Shown: positions 27,097-40,168 of the stretch, piece after piece
How the letters are laid out: the number at the start of each line of letters is the position of its first letter
Numbering within the stretch: position 1 is the first letter of the stretch
NCBI GenBank assembly: GCA_951406725.2
Contig: OX597820.1
Span: forward strand, 113,150,001 to 113,214,000
DNA length: 64,000 bases
Direction: 5' to 3'
From: Octopus vulgaris
Taxonomy: Eukaryota
Program-made: the position numbers and the translations under genes
The notes under the pieces: generated by a model
Told to the model about the DNA's origin: nothing
The model's input: the letters and a program-made list of their open reading frames with translations, nothing else
The model's database searches: none

Positions 27097-28384
27097 TCAG
27101 GTCATCCCATAAGTTCTGTCCGAATTTTGAATAAAGAAAGCAAGTGATCAAAATGTTATATTTAATTGAAATTTAATCATCAATGTACTTTCCCTGATTA
27201 CCTCTGGCTTCCTTCTATCTATTTACAAGCTTTTTAATCCCATCAATGTAAAACTCTTTTGGTTTCAAAACGAAGAACTCTGAAACGTCAGTTTTGACCT
27301 CCTCCTGGCTTGCGAAAGTTATGTCTTCCCAAATGATTCTGTAAACTACGAAAAAAAATGGTAGTCTGAAGGAGAAAGGTCGGGGAATAAGGTGGATGAG
27401 GAATTTTTTCCCAACCAAACTTTCGATCTTCTGTGATGTAATCTTTGCAGTGTAGGGTAGCGCATTGTCCTGAAAAAACATCACTCCTTTTCGATTCACT
27501 AAATGGGTCTTTATTTTCTTCAAAGCTTGGTTCAAACGCTCTAATTGCTGACAGTAGACTTGAGCATTGATTGTTGCATTAGGTGGTAACAATTCAAAGT
27601 GAATTACTCGTTTGCAATCCCATCAGATAGAGAGCAGAACCTTTTCCCCATGAAGTTCCCTTCTCGGTTGTGGTTGAGCTTTTTCCCTTTTACCAAGCCA
27701 CTGTTTACGACGTTTAACATTTCGATAGAAGATCCTTTTTTCGACACCAATCACAAGTCTATTCAAAAAGAGAGAAATGAGTTCGCGAGAATGGAGAGAA
27801 GAGCAGATGTCAACTCAGGATTTGCAGTTGCTTTCGGACAATTCATGAGGCATCCATTTTCCAAGTTTAGAAACTTTTCCAAGTTGTTGAAGATGACGAT
27901 GAACAGTTGCATGGTTTGAACTGAGCTTTATTGCCAATTCCTCAATTGATAATGCAGGTATTTCTTCAAGTAATGCCTCAAGGAACTTATCATCAAACTC
28001 AACCGGACGTCCTGTTCGATCTTCCTCTTCAAGGCTGAAATCTCCATTTCTGAATTTTGCAAGCCACCTTCTGTAAGTTCTTTCATTCAAGCATTCTTTC
28101 CCATAAACTGGGTGTATGTTTCGAGTTGATTCGGTTGCAGAGTTTCCTTTTTTGTACTCATAAAGCATTATGTGCCTCAAATGTTCTTTGGATACTTCCA
28201 TGTTAGAAAGTGTTTTAGTCAAAGAAATTTTAATTCTATTATTCTGTAAAATAATATTTAATAAGTTTAAATGTACACAAATGCATAAAAATAATTTTAA
28301 TTCCATTAGGCATTCTAAAATACTATTAAATTTCATTCAACTTTTAAAAAAGTAAAATTGGACAGAACTTATGGGATGACCTGA
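27097..28384 (-). mobile_element. Full-length mariner transposon (1288 bp), inactive
   Basis: TIRs tcaggtcatcccataagttctgtcc at both ends with TA TSDs (27095-96, 28385-86). Transposase MEVSKEHLRHIMLYEYKKG...KLGKWMPHEL...FFQDNA (28201 to ~27173) has stops and frameshifts. Confidence 0.93.
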
Positions 28385-28434
28385 TACAAAATATGCCATT
28401 TTAATCCCGAGCAACGCCGGGTGTCTCTGCTAGT

Positions 28435-28465
28435 ACACACACACATACATACATACATACATACA

Positions 28466-28552
<87 letters not shown>
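28435..28552. repeat. (CA)/(CATA)/(TA) microsatellite
   Basis: Tandem runs. Confidence 0.95.
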
Positions 28553-28557
<5 letters not shown>

Positions 28558-30116
28558 AGCTCATAATTACCGAGATTACTGTTGCTGTTATTAATAATTA
28601 TAATATTAAAGGCATCATATTCATTAGTATCGTATTATCGTAAGTTATTGCGTTCAAACTTTTACTTTCGACGTACGTACACCTGCTCTTTCCCCTACTC
28701 CCTTCTCCCCTTCTTGAGTTTTACTTTCCCTTTATCTATTATTTTCTATTCTTTCTCAGTCCAGGTGTCGACTGATGGAACAGTATCTATTTTCTACTCA
28801 GCTCACCTTGGCAAACGGATCTCTTCTGAAGGACGTTTGTCTCGTCTTATATCCTATTATTTCTTTCACTTAACTCTCCATCTCTGTTTTTCCTCAACCT
28901 ATTCCTCTATACATAGATTTTCTCTTATAGTTTCCACTGGGTGTGACGATAATATATGGCGGCTCGTGATCATATCTTATCTTATCATCAACTCTTTATC
29001 CTGAAGCTGGAATGAGAAGGTTCACATACGATAATTACTGGTCTCAATCATTATTTAGCAGAATTGATTAAAGTGCACTTTTGTTCCAGTTCTTTACATT
29101 CTGAATTCAAATTTCACAGAGGTAAACTTTACCTTTCATCCTTTGTCGTCGATAAAATAACGTACCAGTCAAGAATTGGAGGTTGGTGGTATTGACTAAG
29201 TTCCTTCCGTCAAAACAGCTAGACTTGTACCTAAATCAGAAACCTACAAACTTTTACTATCGTCGAGGGTTTCCTTCTTTCACGCTGTCTAGCACATCTC
29301 GTTTTTCTTCTCTCCCTGATATCACTTGTGAAGAAAAATATGTTCCCTGTTGATCAAATCTTGGAAAGCACGTTCGACTAGTATTAGTATAGAATCCGCA
29401 CTGTCTTTTAATATCTACCATGATAAGTAAGAAATATGGCCTTTCTCCTATTATCTCCAAACCGCCAATCGCTATAAACACCTCTCCTCCACTACTACAA
29501 ATCCACACAAGCCACACAAACTCGCCAGCCGGCCATAATTTCCACCTTTTGCAATCACTGCAATGCGGGCAATTTTTGAGACATTATGGAAAGATGTTGC
29601 TTCTCACCAATTGAAACAAAGCGCCAGTTTAAAGTATATTTCCACCTCCTTCTAGCAAAATACACATTTCAAACAAACCCGCTAATCTACTGCAAGCGTC
29701 TTCTTTCCCACCCGAAACTCCTCTTTCTCCTTTCCTACCAACATACTGTGAACATTTTTAGCAATGTTATTCAGAGACATGAATAATGCTTTATTAGAAG
29801 AGCAGTAACTCTAAATGAAATTCTTCTTGTTGGAAACAAGAACTTTACACTCCTCAAAAGGGTGGTTACTTCTAATAAAATGCTGCTCGGTAAGACGTAA
29901 GCTGTAGTGAAGGGGATCAATCTTGGCGAGTGGTAACTTCAAAAATCTACAAGGAGAATACGTAAACTTTCGATGAAAACTAACAATGCAGTGACATCAC
30001 TTCAGTCCTGACAGGTAAGCTCTGTATTGTTTGAGGTGTATTAAACTGCACAAGGTTCGAGTTGTATTGAATTTGTTGATATAAAAGGTACTTCCCCAAA
30101 AAAACATGCCAAAATC

Positions 30117-30360
30117 ACGCGTGGTGTGTGGTAAGAAGAGCACTTCCCTACCACTTGGTTCCGGGTTCAGTCGCAGTGTGGCCCTTTGGGCACTTTCTAC
30201 TAGCCTTGTGAATGGATTTAGTAGACGGAAACTGAAGGAAGCCCATCGTGTATATGTATATATATACGTGTGTGCGTGTGCGTGTTTATCCCTCACCACC
30301 GCTTGACAACCGGTGTAGGAGTGTTTCCGTTCCCGTAACTTAGCAGTTCGGTACTTCGAT
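30117..30360 (+). mobile_element. SINE family B, degenerate
   Basis: gtgtggtaag...ggttccgggttcagtc...gtagacggaaactgaa. Confidence 0.75.
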
Positions 30361-30639
30361 AATAAATGACAAAGATATCTTTATTCCGGTTAACTACATT
30401 AATAGACAAGTTGGGTAACACCATGATGTTTATTGCAGCGTATATGGAAGTCATGGATATGGTACGAGAAAAGGAATCAAGGAACTTGGAGTTTTCTGAC
30501 TCAGATCATCTAATCATATTCAAAACTATCTTCACAAAACCAGCCACCCTGATCACGTACCGGTCAGTGTTCATCTGACATAAAATTATAATCGCTGTCG
30601 ACAAATGGCAGCAGTATATCAACTGCTAAAAGAGGAAAA

Positions 30640-30985
30640 GCGATGCTCTAGAAAAAAGCAACTACCGGGTGCACCGAATTCACGAGCTAGGTTTCGAAAG
30701 GGTATGTGTATTGAGCAACTTATTAGAAAGACTATTAGTCTAAACGAGGCTTGTACCTGACGAAGTATCATCGATGCTCACTTCCTAATGAGACAAATGC
30801 CGGAGAAATTTCTTATCAAAATTGAAACCACTATACCCAGTATTCGCCGACCTGAAGAAACCTGTGGTAAGATACCACGCTCTCCATTCTTGAAGTCGGT
30901 AAATAATTTAGAAAATAAATGGCTTGTATAATCCATGTAAACTTTGTACAGAAATACCGTGAGGAAATTAGTTGTTAATCAGGAT
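30640..30985 (+). mobile_element. RTE-clade LINE RT fragment
   Basis: Decayed IDAHFLMRQMPEKFL...LYPVFADLKK...IPR. Confidence 0.6.
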
Positions 30986-31069
30986 CCTTACTGCTCAGAA
31001 GCTGAGCTGAGTTCCACAGACCAACGATCATGGCTTCGTACTACGAAGTCAAAGTGTTCGAGAATTATT

Positions 31070-31141
31070 TCTATAGTTCTCTTTTGCCGAACCGCTAAGT
31101 TACGGGGACGTAAACACACCAGCATCGGTTGTCAAATACAG

Positions 31142-31172
<31 letters not shown>

Positions 31173-31343
31173 CATATATACGACGGGCTTCTTTCAGTTT
31201 CCGTCTACCAAATCCACTCACAAGGCTTTGGTCGTCCCGAGGCTATAGTAGAAGACACTTGCCCAAGGTGCCATGAAGTGGGACTGAACCCGGAACCATG
31301 TGGTTCATAAGCAAGAAACTTACCACACAGCCACTCCTGCGCC
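31070..31343 (-). mobile_element. SINE family B, 5' portion
   Basis: Near-identical to 44195-44481. Confidence 0.88.
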
Positions 31344-32546
31344 TTATATATTTTTGATGAGGAATAGTGAAAAGGAAGGTATGTTGATAGGGTTTGTCAG
31401 TAAAGTTTGACAAAATTTTTATCAAAATTGTTGATATCATCTAAAACATTAACATTACATTTAACACAGCACTTTCTGTTTTTCACGAAACTTTTGCTTT
31501 GTGGACAATGATGACAAGGCATTTTTGCTCTCAGCAGAATTTTTCGTAAACAAAAAGAAAATGACAACAGCTGTCATGATAAAATAATGAGACGTGGTTA
31601 CGTTTACAATATTGATATGATCGCAAATAAAAAAAACAAACATGAAAATAATGTTGCTATATGTCAGTTAATTTTCATTATTAATTTACAGCGAATTTTA
31701 AATAATCAAATGTTGAGCTTTAATTATATTAGATTAAAAAATATGGTAAATCATTAATTTTCGTAGATCAAAGAAGTCTCCTTAGAGTTTTAAAGGTAAT
31801 ATCATCCAAACTTTCTGCAGCCAAAACTTTACATATGTAAATGGGCATAACTGTGTGTGTGTATGTGTGTGTATCTGAATGTATTTATGTATATCCGAAT
31901 GAGTGGGCAAACGTAAGAAGGGCATTCAACAAATTTACTAGGAGTTACATGTATGAATCAAAACAGTTCAAATTCGTTGGTACTCCGAGTATCAAGCGTA
32001 ATGCTAATCTTCAGCCATTTTGAAATTGAATAGCAGAAGTTGATTGTTAATTACGGCAAGGTGGGCTGCGATTGGTCGAGGAAGATCATGCAGTGTCGTG
32101 GTTTGATGCTGGTATATCAGCGACAACAGTTGCTTGGAAAATACCGCATGGTGAAAGGGAAAATCGACCGCGTGGTGGACAGGAAATCCGTCGCGTTTTT
32201 GGACGAGAAGTAGGAAGGAGCGGTATATAGTTGTATACGTGTGTGGACGCGCGCATGTTTGTATTGATGTGAGCGTGTGCATGTCTACGTGGGCGCGCAC
32301 GCACACACCCACACACATACACACACACACACACATATGAACGAATATGCACGCGCGCATACACACATGCGTATTCATTTATATGTAAATATGTATAGAT
32401 GCATTTATACATGCATGCACGCATACATGTATGTATGCATGCATGCTTGTATGTATGTACATATGTATATTAATCTGCGCGCACATGCATGCTTGTGCAC
32501 GTGTGTACCTGCGCGCAAATGTAGATATGAACATACATGCGCATAA

Positions 32547-32740
32547 CAAGCGTTGGGGATTGCTAATTGGCGATCCTGCTCATGGGGTTGGCGACGGTGA
32601 CCTTGGTGCAGGCGGTGCAGAGTAGCAGCTGGTACTAAGGTGCCGGGTAGCAGCTAATGCCAAGGTCACGGTCACCAATCAATCCCATGAGCAGGACCAC
32701 CAATTACCAATCCTCAACGCTTGCCAATCCCCAACGGTTG
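32547..32740. repeat. GC-rich imperfect inverted repeat (MITE-like hairpin)
   Basis: Arm caagcgttggggattgctaattggcgatcctgctcatgggg...gtgaccttgg pairs with ccaaggtcac...cccatgagcaggaccaccaattaccaatcctcaacgcttg. Confidence 0.75.
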
Positions 32741-33334
32741 GCATGCACATGTATATTTATACATACACGCGCACGCGCGAGTACGTGTGTGCACACGCAT
32801 GCATGTGCGTGCGTACACTAATATACATACGTACGCACATACATACATACATACATACATACATACATACATACATACATACATACATACATGCATGCAT
32901 GCATACATAGACACATGCATGCGTAAATGCATGCATACATGCATATATACATATCTACATATATGGGTATGCATGTATATGCATGTGTGTATACACATAC
33001 GTGTGTGTATGTGTGCGCGTGTGTGTACGCGCGCATACACATTCGTTTGGTGGGGGTGCCCATGTACACACGCACAAAAATCCCGAAACTAGTCCGTGCG
33101 TATCACTCAGGCTTGCGAGAAAGGGATGGCCTCCCTTTGCAAATACTTCAAGGGCACTGAAATGGTGTCTAAAGCCAGCTGGAGACGACGATCTCTTGGG
33201 GCTGTAGAGCTACAGTAACACCCCCCCTCCTATGTGGTTAGCCATATTAAGATGGCTTCTATACTTTACATTATCGAGCGATTACTGTTTACATCTCATT
33301 CTGAGATTTAATAATGCTTATATATATATATATG

Positions 33335-33539
33335 TAGGGTGAGTTTACGAAAAAACAAAAGACAAAGACAGGTGGTGTACGAAGCAAACAGATGTATTAG
33401 TTTAACACTCAGGAATAGAAAAAGTATTTTATGTTTCGAGCCTACGCTCTTCTACAGAAAGGGACACAGAAAAAACAAGGAGAGAAACAAGGAGAGAGAG
33501 AAAAAAATGTGTGTAGTGGCTAACGATCTATCATGGTGA

Positions 33540-33543
<4 letters not shown>
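33335..33543 (-). mobile_element. Solo PLE pseudo-LTR-like unit in (TA)n
   Basis: Homologous to 21955-22162. Hammerhead-like ctgtaga-a-gagcgtaggctc-gaaac at 33428-33460. Confidence 0.8.
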
Positions 33544-33615
<72 letters not shown>

Positions 33616-33849
33616 AGATTCTCTGGTTGTGAGCGATAAATGAGGGTTCAGTAAAATAAATCATTAATCATGTTCTTTGGACACAAATGCTTCTTTTGAT
33701 GCCTGCTGGTGCCTTGCAAACCTTTTTGACAAATGGAACAAGTTGAGTACTCAGTTTGCTCCAAGTGCTTGTGGAGCATTTATTATTTGTTTGTTTTGGG
33801 GGAGGGGGGGTGTTGTTTTGCTTTTTATTGGTGGAGGGCAAGAACTGCT

Positions 33850-34685
33850 TTGCTTCACGCCACAAAATCACAGTAAGAGGTAAGCTTTCCTTTTAGAGGA
33901 GCAGCGTTTTGCCAGCGTGCTTTCATGCTTGTACGAAGTTGGTCCTGATGTTGGAGTTGTCTTTGCTCAAATTTTTGAACTGAGGGGAAGCTGAACTGGC
34001 ACCAGATCATGCATTCTGATGCTTTGTTTTTCCAGGAAGAAAAGGGAATGTTGTATTGCTTGAGATCGTCTTTTAGTTTTTCTTTGAAGCACAAGAATGG
34101 CCTTCCAACTGACCTTCCTGTTGGGAACTGGCCAAAGAGTTGTTTCGGAATTCTGATATCACTCATACTTGACAGAAGACCTGACTGTTATGAATATGGT
34201 CACTCGGTTTTATGTTGGAGATAGTATGCAAGCATCGCATATGAAAACCGTCAAGCTGGTTGATGTGCTTTCGGTACAGAGTCCAAGATTTAGCGCCATA
34301 AGGCAAAGCTGTCAAGACCACAGACTTATATGCATCGACTTTCACCTTCAACGATACGTCGTGGCTGTTCTAAAGCCTGTGATAAAGCTTATCGAAAGCG
34401 GAAGTAGCCTTCCCGATTCTGGACTAAATTTCTTTATCCATCTGAGCATCATTGGACAGAATGGAACCATGATAAGTGAAGGAGGAAACAGTTTTTAATG
34501 CTTTCCCATCAACATATTCTGTAGGGGTAACAGCGGGGAAGATAGTCACGAATGGGCTGATGGACAAGCTCAGTTTTCTTGAGGCTATCAGACCAAAAGC
34601 CTTCCATGCACGTAAGAAGTTGTTTAGAATTCATTGCATGTCCTCTGCAAAGAGCAAATCTCGAACTGTTTCCATTAAAGTCTTA
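33850..34685 (-). mobile_element. RTE (BovB-like) LINE fragment
   Basis: DLLFAED, YKSVVLTALPYGAKSWTLYRKH..QL..FHMRCL and MSDIRIPKQLF..GR..GRP. Confidence 0.85.
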
Positions 34686-34818
34686 GTTTATGTTAATGTG
34701 TTCAAAGTACATAAGTACCAGTTACGCACTGGGGTCGATGTAATCGACTTAATCCATTTGTCTGTCCTTGTCTGTCCCCTCTATGTTTAGCCCCTAGTAG
34801 GCAATTAAGAAATATATA

Positions 34819-34940
<122 letters not shown>

Positions 34941-35112
34941 GTAGGTACGTACATATATGTATGTATGTATGCATATATCTTATTTATTAAATTATATATA
35001 TATATATATATACCGGAGTAAACACATGAATGTGAAACAAGGTGGAAAAAAGAGTACTCAAATACCAGTGGTAGAGTAATATGCTTTATTTAAAAGCAGC
35101 AGAAAATTCAAC

Positions 35113-35159
35113 AAAACCTGTTACTCTGAGTTTCACGTTCCCGTTCGTCGGACAGTTTT
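35113..35159 (-). ncRNA. Minimal type I hammerhead-like motif (CCGACGA core) in ~160-bp unit 35013-35175
   Basis: Minus strand: aaaactgt CCGACGA acg ggaa cgt GAAA ctc a gag TA acag gtttt. AATAAA lies downstream, followed by (TA)n. Confidence 0.75.
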
Positions 35160-35180
35160 TGCTAGCATTAATCATGTATG

Positions 35181-35227
<47 letters not shown>

Positions 35228-35625
35228 GTATATATATAATCTTTTTTCTTCCTTCGGCCACTGAACGATTTAGTCGAACAACTAGACCCCAGTGTTTATC
35301 TTTTTAAGTCTGATAATTATTTGATCGGTCACTTTTGCCAAATTGCTGGTTTATGAGGACGTAAATCTACACCAGTTGGCAAGAAGTGGGAAGACAAACA
35401 CAAACGCAATGGCACCTACACACAACATACACACACACACACATACACTATGCTTATGTGTGTGTGTGTATGTGTTTGTGTGTGTGTGTGTGTGTGTGTG
35501 GTAAAAAATGGAAATTTCCTTATGACAGTCCAGCAGGCTTGCCCAACATGCGAATAACTTGCTGTCCTTAGCAGTTATATTTCAGTTAGTAACGTGTTAT
35601 AATTATCCTTTAATGGAACGAAACT

Positions 35626-35945
35626 TTTTGAGGGGGTTTTTGAATAAATGATGTCGGTAATAACCATTCACTCCCTCTCTATCTCTCGGACAGAGATGAA
35701 CCTACAAATCTCTCTCGTCACAACTCCGGGGCATGTAATTAGAACGCCACATGAAAGAATCTGAAGGCGGATCCTTGAAGCCGAATCAACCAGCAGGTGA
35801 CCTAGGGCTAAACCAAGAACGAGATGGTTGGGTAATATGCATAATCTGAATTGGCCACACTTTGGGATCCAACCGGAAAGTAATTACGGTCGCTTCTGAT
35901 AGGACCCAATGGATGAGGTGTCTGAGGACTCTATCTCCATGATCC
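35626..35945 (+). mobile_element. RTE (Expander/Rex3-like) LINE 3' remnant; second copy at 38389-38597
   Basis: GHVIRTPHERI*RRILEAE...R*PRAKPRTRWL...W..FGIQPE. Confidence 0.7.
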
Positions 35946-36604
35946 TTTCAAGAATAGTCTGTGGAGAAGATGGATGAATGGATTATCTATGTTGGATTGG
36001 CTTTGGAGAGAAAAATCACAGGAAAAGCTATTTTCAATTGCAGTTATGATTTCCTTATAAAACCCGAAATTCTTTGAGAGAAATGTACTTCCCTGAGCCC
36101 TGCTCAGGCTGCAGGAATGACGGTTTTTATATCAGGCATAATGGGCGCAAGAAACTCATCTTTCGCCCTATCTTTAGTATCAACTCTCATTGCATTGCTC
36201 ACTGAGAAACATTGAATATAAAAGAAACAGTGCGAAAGGAAGAATAGAGTCAACTTGAGAGACTGTCTCCTTATGTTGTCACGTGCTTCAGTTACCTGCA
36301 AATGAGTCCAAGACAAGCTTTCAGGTACTTTCTTGCTACATCCACCAGTTTCGGTTTCTAAAGCTTCAGAAGGAAATCTCTCCACATCTCATAGAAACGA
36401 TCAGTTGAAGGAAATTTTAGTTCATTGATATTATTACTGTGAATTATTCCGGTGCATCTGCCTCATACGAAGTAAAGGGCAGATTTTACGATACCCGGGG
36501 TGCGAAGTTTGATGTTATCATGCAAGTCATTAGAACTGATTGTGGAAGTGGTGAGCGCGAGTGCGTGCGTGCGCGCGCGTGTGTGTGTGTGTGTGTGTGT
36601 GTGT

Positions 36605-36930
36605 AAATCACCCTCATGGACGCCAATATTACCACTACCACCAAACCACCACCACCGCTTCCACCTCCATCACTTCCACCTCCATCACTTCCACCATCAT
36701 CACAACCACCACCATCATCATCACCACTATTACCACCCTCACCAGCATCACCACCTCCACCACCACCGCTACCACATCCACCACCATCATCATCACCACC
36801 TCCACCACCATCATTACCGACGCCACCATCTTCAAAAACGTCACCACCACTACCACCAACAACAACCCTACAACCACTACCTTGATCCCTACCGTCACCT
36901 ACACCACTTCCATGACCACGAACGACAACA
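36605..36930. repeat. (CAC/CAT)n low-complexity tract
   Basis: Degenerate triplet repeat. Confidence 0.85.
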
Positions 36931-37670
36931 GGGAGCAAAATGTTTTAGAGATTCACAAGTCATTAGTTGAACAGGTGCGATTCTATAAACCTACCTAAAG
37001 GCAATTGTATTTATGTTAATATTGTTGTTGAATAGCTCTGGTCAGACCAACGGATATTCTATGACTGTCATATATTATGTTAATTACTAACATTAGAATA
37101 TCCTCGACCACGAGATTCGCTTGCTTATGTCTACTGGCTTGTAGCTTGACAATTTGTTATAGGAAATGGATGAAACGCTTTCATTAACGGACAAGTTTTG
37201 AAGTGTGAATAACATTTACGGTTGAAGACTGACTTGGAAGTACGGATTCTAACAGCTCGCACACTTCAGAAATTACTATAATTAAGGTATATCATCAATA
37301 AGAATCAACCCTCCTATATTAAAGGATAATTATGTAAGGGGTCTTTGATAAATTTATTTATTACATGAGTTGAAAGACATCTTGGATTGTGTGAAACCAC
37401 ATAAGAAGGATAAAACGGAGTCGTTTCTCTCAAGTCTGAGAAATACAGCAGTCGGTTCGACAATGAAATTATGTAAAGATGAGATAGAACTCCGTCCCAT
37501 CGCCAAAAATATTATCGCACCAAAATTTGGTAGCAACAAAAGTATAGTCAGTGAACGAAGGCTATATTCGTGGAAACAATATTCTGGGCGCCATATTATT
37601 AACTTTGCAGTTCTCGTTTATCCAAATATTTGTAAATTTCCTGTATCATTTGCGGAAGAGACTATTAGTG

Positions 37671-37719
<49 letters not shown>

Positions 37720-37723
<4 letters not shown>

Positions 37724-37921
37724 ATCCCAACATGAAAACACAAAGAGAAAACACAGCAACGCGAGGACTTGGAACAAGTATAGTGTTATTGGACGCTCAG
37801 GAAAGAACGAGGGTTTAACGTTTCGAGCGGAGCTCTTCGTCAGAAACATAAGAAAAGGAAAGATCCAAAGAAGGGAATACGGAGGAAAAAAGTCGCCAAC
37901 GGTACACCCGCGGTCACATTT
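37720..37921 (-). mobile_element. PLE pseudo-LTR-like unit abutting (TA)n
   Basis: Distantly similar to 21955-22162 (cctgagcg, tata/ta-tact, ttttcat blocks) and contains a hammerhead. Confidence 0.7.
37813..37847 (-). ncRNA. Minimal type I hammerhead ribozyme, canonical core
   Basis: Minus strand: gttt CTGACGA a gagc tcc gctc GAAA cGTT aaac. Confidence 0.82.
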
Positions 37922-40046
37922 TGAATCATTTATATTTATGTCTAGAACTGAACAAGGGAAACTGTTGCAGGATGTTGTTTCTGCGGGTGACAATATTATT
38001 ATAGTTTTGAAAATCAACTTCGATTCAGATTTTTTAAATAATTTTGTCTTTGATGTAGATCAAGAACGTTACATGACTGTGGTTAACGTCCTGTAGTCGA
38101 TAAACCATGTTTTAATTCTAAGACGATCACACATTTCGTAAAGATATGTGGTAAACCAATAATCTTTTCAGCCCTGTAAATGGTAGGGTAATGGAATAAA
38201 TGGTTGACCATTGACTGTGGTAAATAATTGTCATTACATCTTGAACAAAAATTAGAGTTAAATCATACTCTAAAATTCTCTTATAAACAGAAATACGTTG
38301 GAGGAAACACGTTTCATAAAATTAGAAAGATGATTCTAAACATTGAACTGAATAATTTCTGTTATCTAAATTTGTTGTCTCTGCAATATTTTGAGAGGAT
38401 TTTTGAATAAATGATGTCGGTAATAACCATTCACTTCCTCTCTATCTCTCGGACAGAGATGAACCTACAAATCTCTCCCGTCACAACTCCGGGACATGTG
38501 ATTAGAACGCCACACGAAAGAATCTGAAGGCGGATCCTTGAAGCCGAATCAACCAGCAGGTGACCTAGGGCTAGACCAAGAACGAAATGGTTGGATATCG
38601 TGGGAATCTCAACATTATTACAATTTCAGTTTTTCAAATAATTAAATTTAAAGATTAAGCTTCTGCCATTAATTGTCTACGCTTCATGAGTTGGTTCTTC
38701 GTAATTTATTTATTTTTAATTGACAAACCTTTGGACTTTTGAATATTCACTGATAGAAGCTTTGTAATTTCAGTGGAAATAACATTCAGATGTTCTTATA
38801 CTCGAAGTCGTCCTTTTGAAGACTGCGAGTTGATTAACGTTGAAACTGCTTGACTGAGAAAATAATTAACGAGGTCGTTAAGTTGTAGGAGTCAACAAAA
38901 ATGACAATAAAAGACGTTTAGACGTTTAATGATTTACTCCGCATCTTCTACTATTAATAGACACAACACACATAGAGATGCATTTCCTCTCCGACTCATT
39001 AGTGCTATTTTGAGCCAAACTCATGGCAAACGCCGTATTACAGTACTGTCGACCTTCATTCTTATTATTAAGTGTTCTTTGGCTTCCCAAGAGCAAAGTT
39101 AAGCAGACTTTCAAGCTAAATAATGAATTATTCAATTTTATGCGATTTTCTTTTTAGTTACAAATAGTACGTAGTTTAAACTGAGTTAACAAAGAAATTA
39201 AATAGTTAAGAAGTGGCTCATTATTTTGATGATATGATGAATAGAGGAGTAAATAAAATGACCCACGAGGACGTTTGGAAAGCTTTTAAATGTGCCCCAA
39301 AATGTAGGGTTATAGATTTAAAAGGGTAGCTTATTGATTTCTTGATATGGTGAACAGGGGAGAACAATTCGAAAACTTCTCTCAAGCGTACCCCAAAAGT
39401 AGTGAACCCGTTCCAGGGTTACTACTTGAAATTGCTGGATATCACAAGAAATTTAAGCATTTTGTTAAGTCAATTGTAAATTTCGTGAAATTGATAAAAC
39501 ACAAAAATTCTGAAACGGCAGGACCCTTGTTTGAAGCTAAACAGTGCTAACGCTTACCATTATCGACCAGATATGTTTTGATGCAATTGAGAAACTGTCA
39601 TTATTTCTTTACCGATTCCAGCAACTAGTTCACAAATTACTCTCGAAACAGATGAGTATATATCTTCAACAATTTCTGTCCTAATTCAAAACGGGATGAC
39701 AATTTACTCCTATTCAGAATGATTTTATGATATTGAAAGAGGAAAAAAAAAAAACTGCTGAATAACTAGATTCTCTTGCAATGCTCAAAAAATAAAACGG
39801 TTGAAAGTATGTGACATGGGCACAAGTATCTAAATTGTTCACAGATCAATAAGCAATAACTTTTTCTGTTTTGTTAGTAGACCTAAACTCGTCATTCAAA
39901 ATACTAAATTGCATCGTCAGACTTAAATTTTTTCAGGGTTCTCCGTGAAGTAATAAAACCACATAGAAACAAAGAAATCGGATGGAGGTACCAAAACTAG
40001 AATTGGTACCATTGTTAATAATGTTGTAATAGTGTTCTGAGGAATT

Positions 40047-40109
<63 letters not shown>
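40047..40109. repeat. (GTA)n microsatellite (another at 42345-42408)
   Basis: Tandem run. Confidence 0.95.
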
Positions 40110-40110
<1 letters not shown>

Positions 40111-40168
40111 AAGTAATTGTATTTATTAGTGTGGTATTTAATAACCTACTAGTGAGTCTGCTGGCCAG

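Larger units (their letters stand above)
22541..28433 (+). mobile_element. Helitron, internally deleted, hosting nested insertions
   Basis: 5' tcaatatataaaatccgttctgtctgtctg. Decayed RepHel N-terminus PPKKR.NLSR (~23690), AVFRYDP..YKN|NSV*IGVLNTNCHFCRALKFSDETNGMCCSGGQV...FLNNIRQYNS...MTSFGA and PQFLQIYFM. 3' hairpin cccg-agcaacgc-cggg then CTAG|T (28430-28434). Confidence 0.85.

Noticed and set aside
35645-35770. Possible C/D-box snoRNA (atgatgt...ctga) present twice
   Set aside because: The sequence translates as an RTE LINE C-terminus, the box C is imperfect and there is no terminal stem.
36100-36400. Possible spliced host exons on the minus strand (donor cag|gtaact, acceptor tttctcag)
   Set aside because: Stops in candidate frames and no recognisable protein; cannot be supported without transcript data.
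36486-36998. Thr-, His-, Pro- or Gly-rich mucin/extensin-like ORFs
   Set aside because: Degenerate (CAC)n repeat open in multiple frames.
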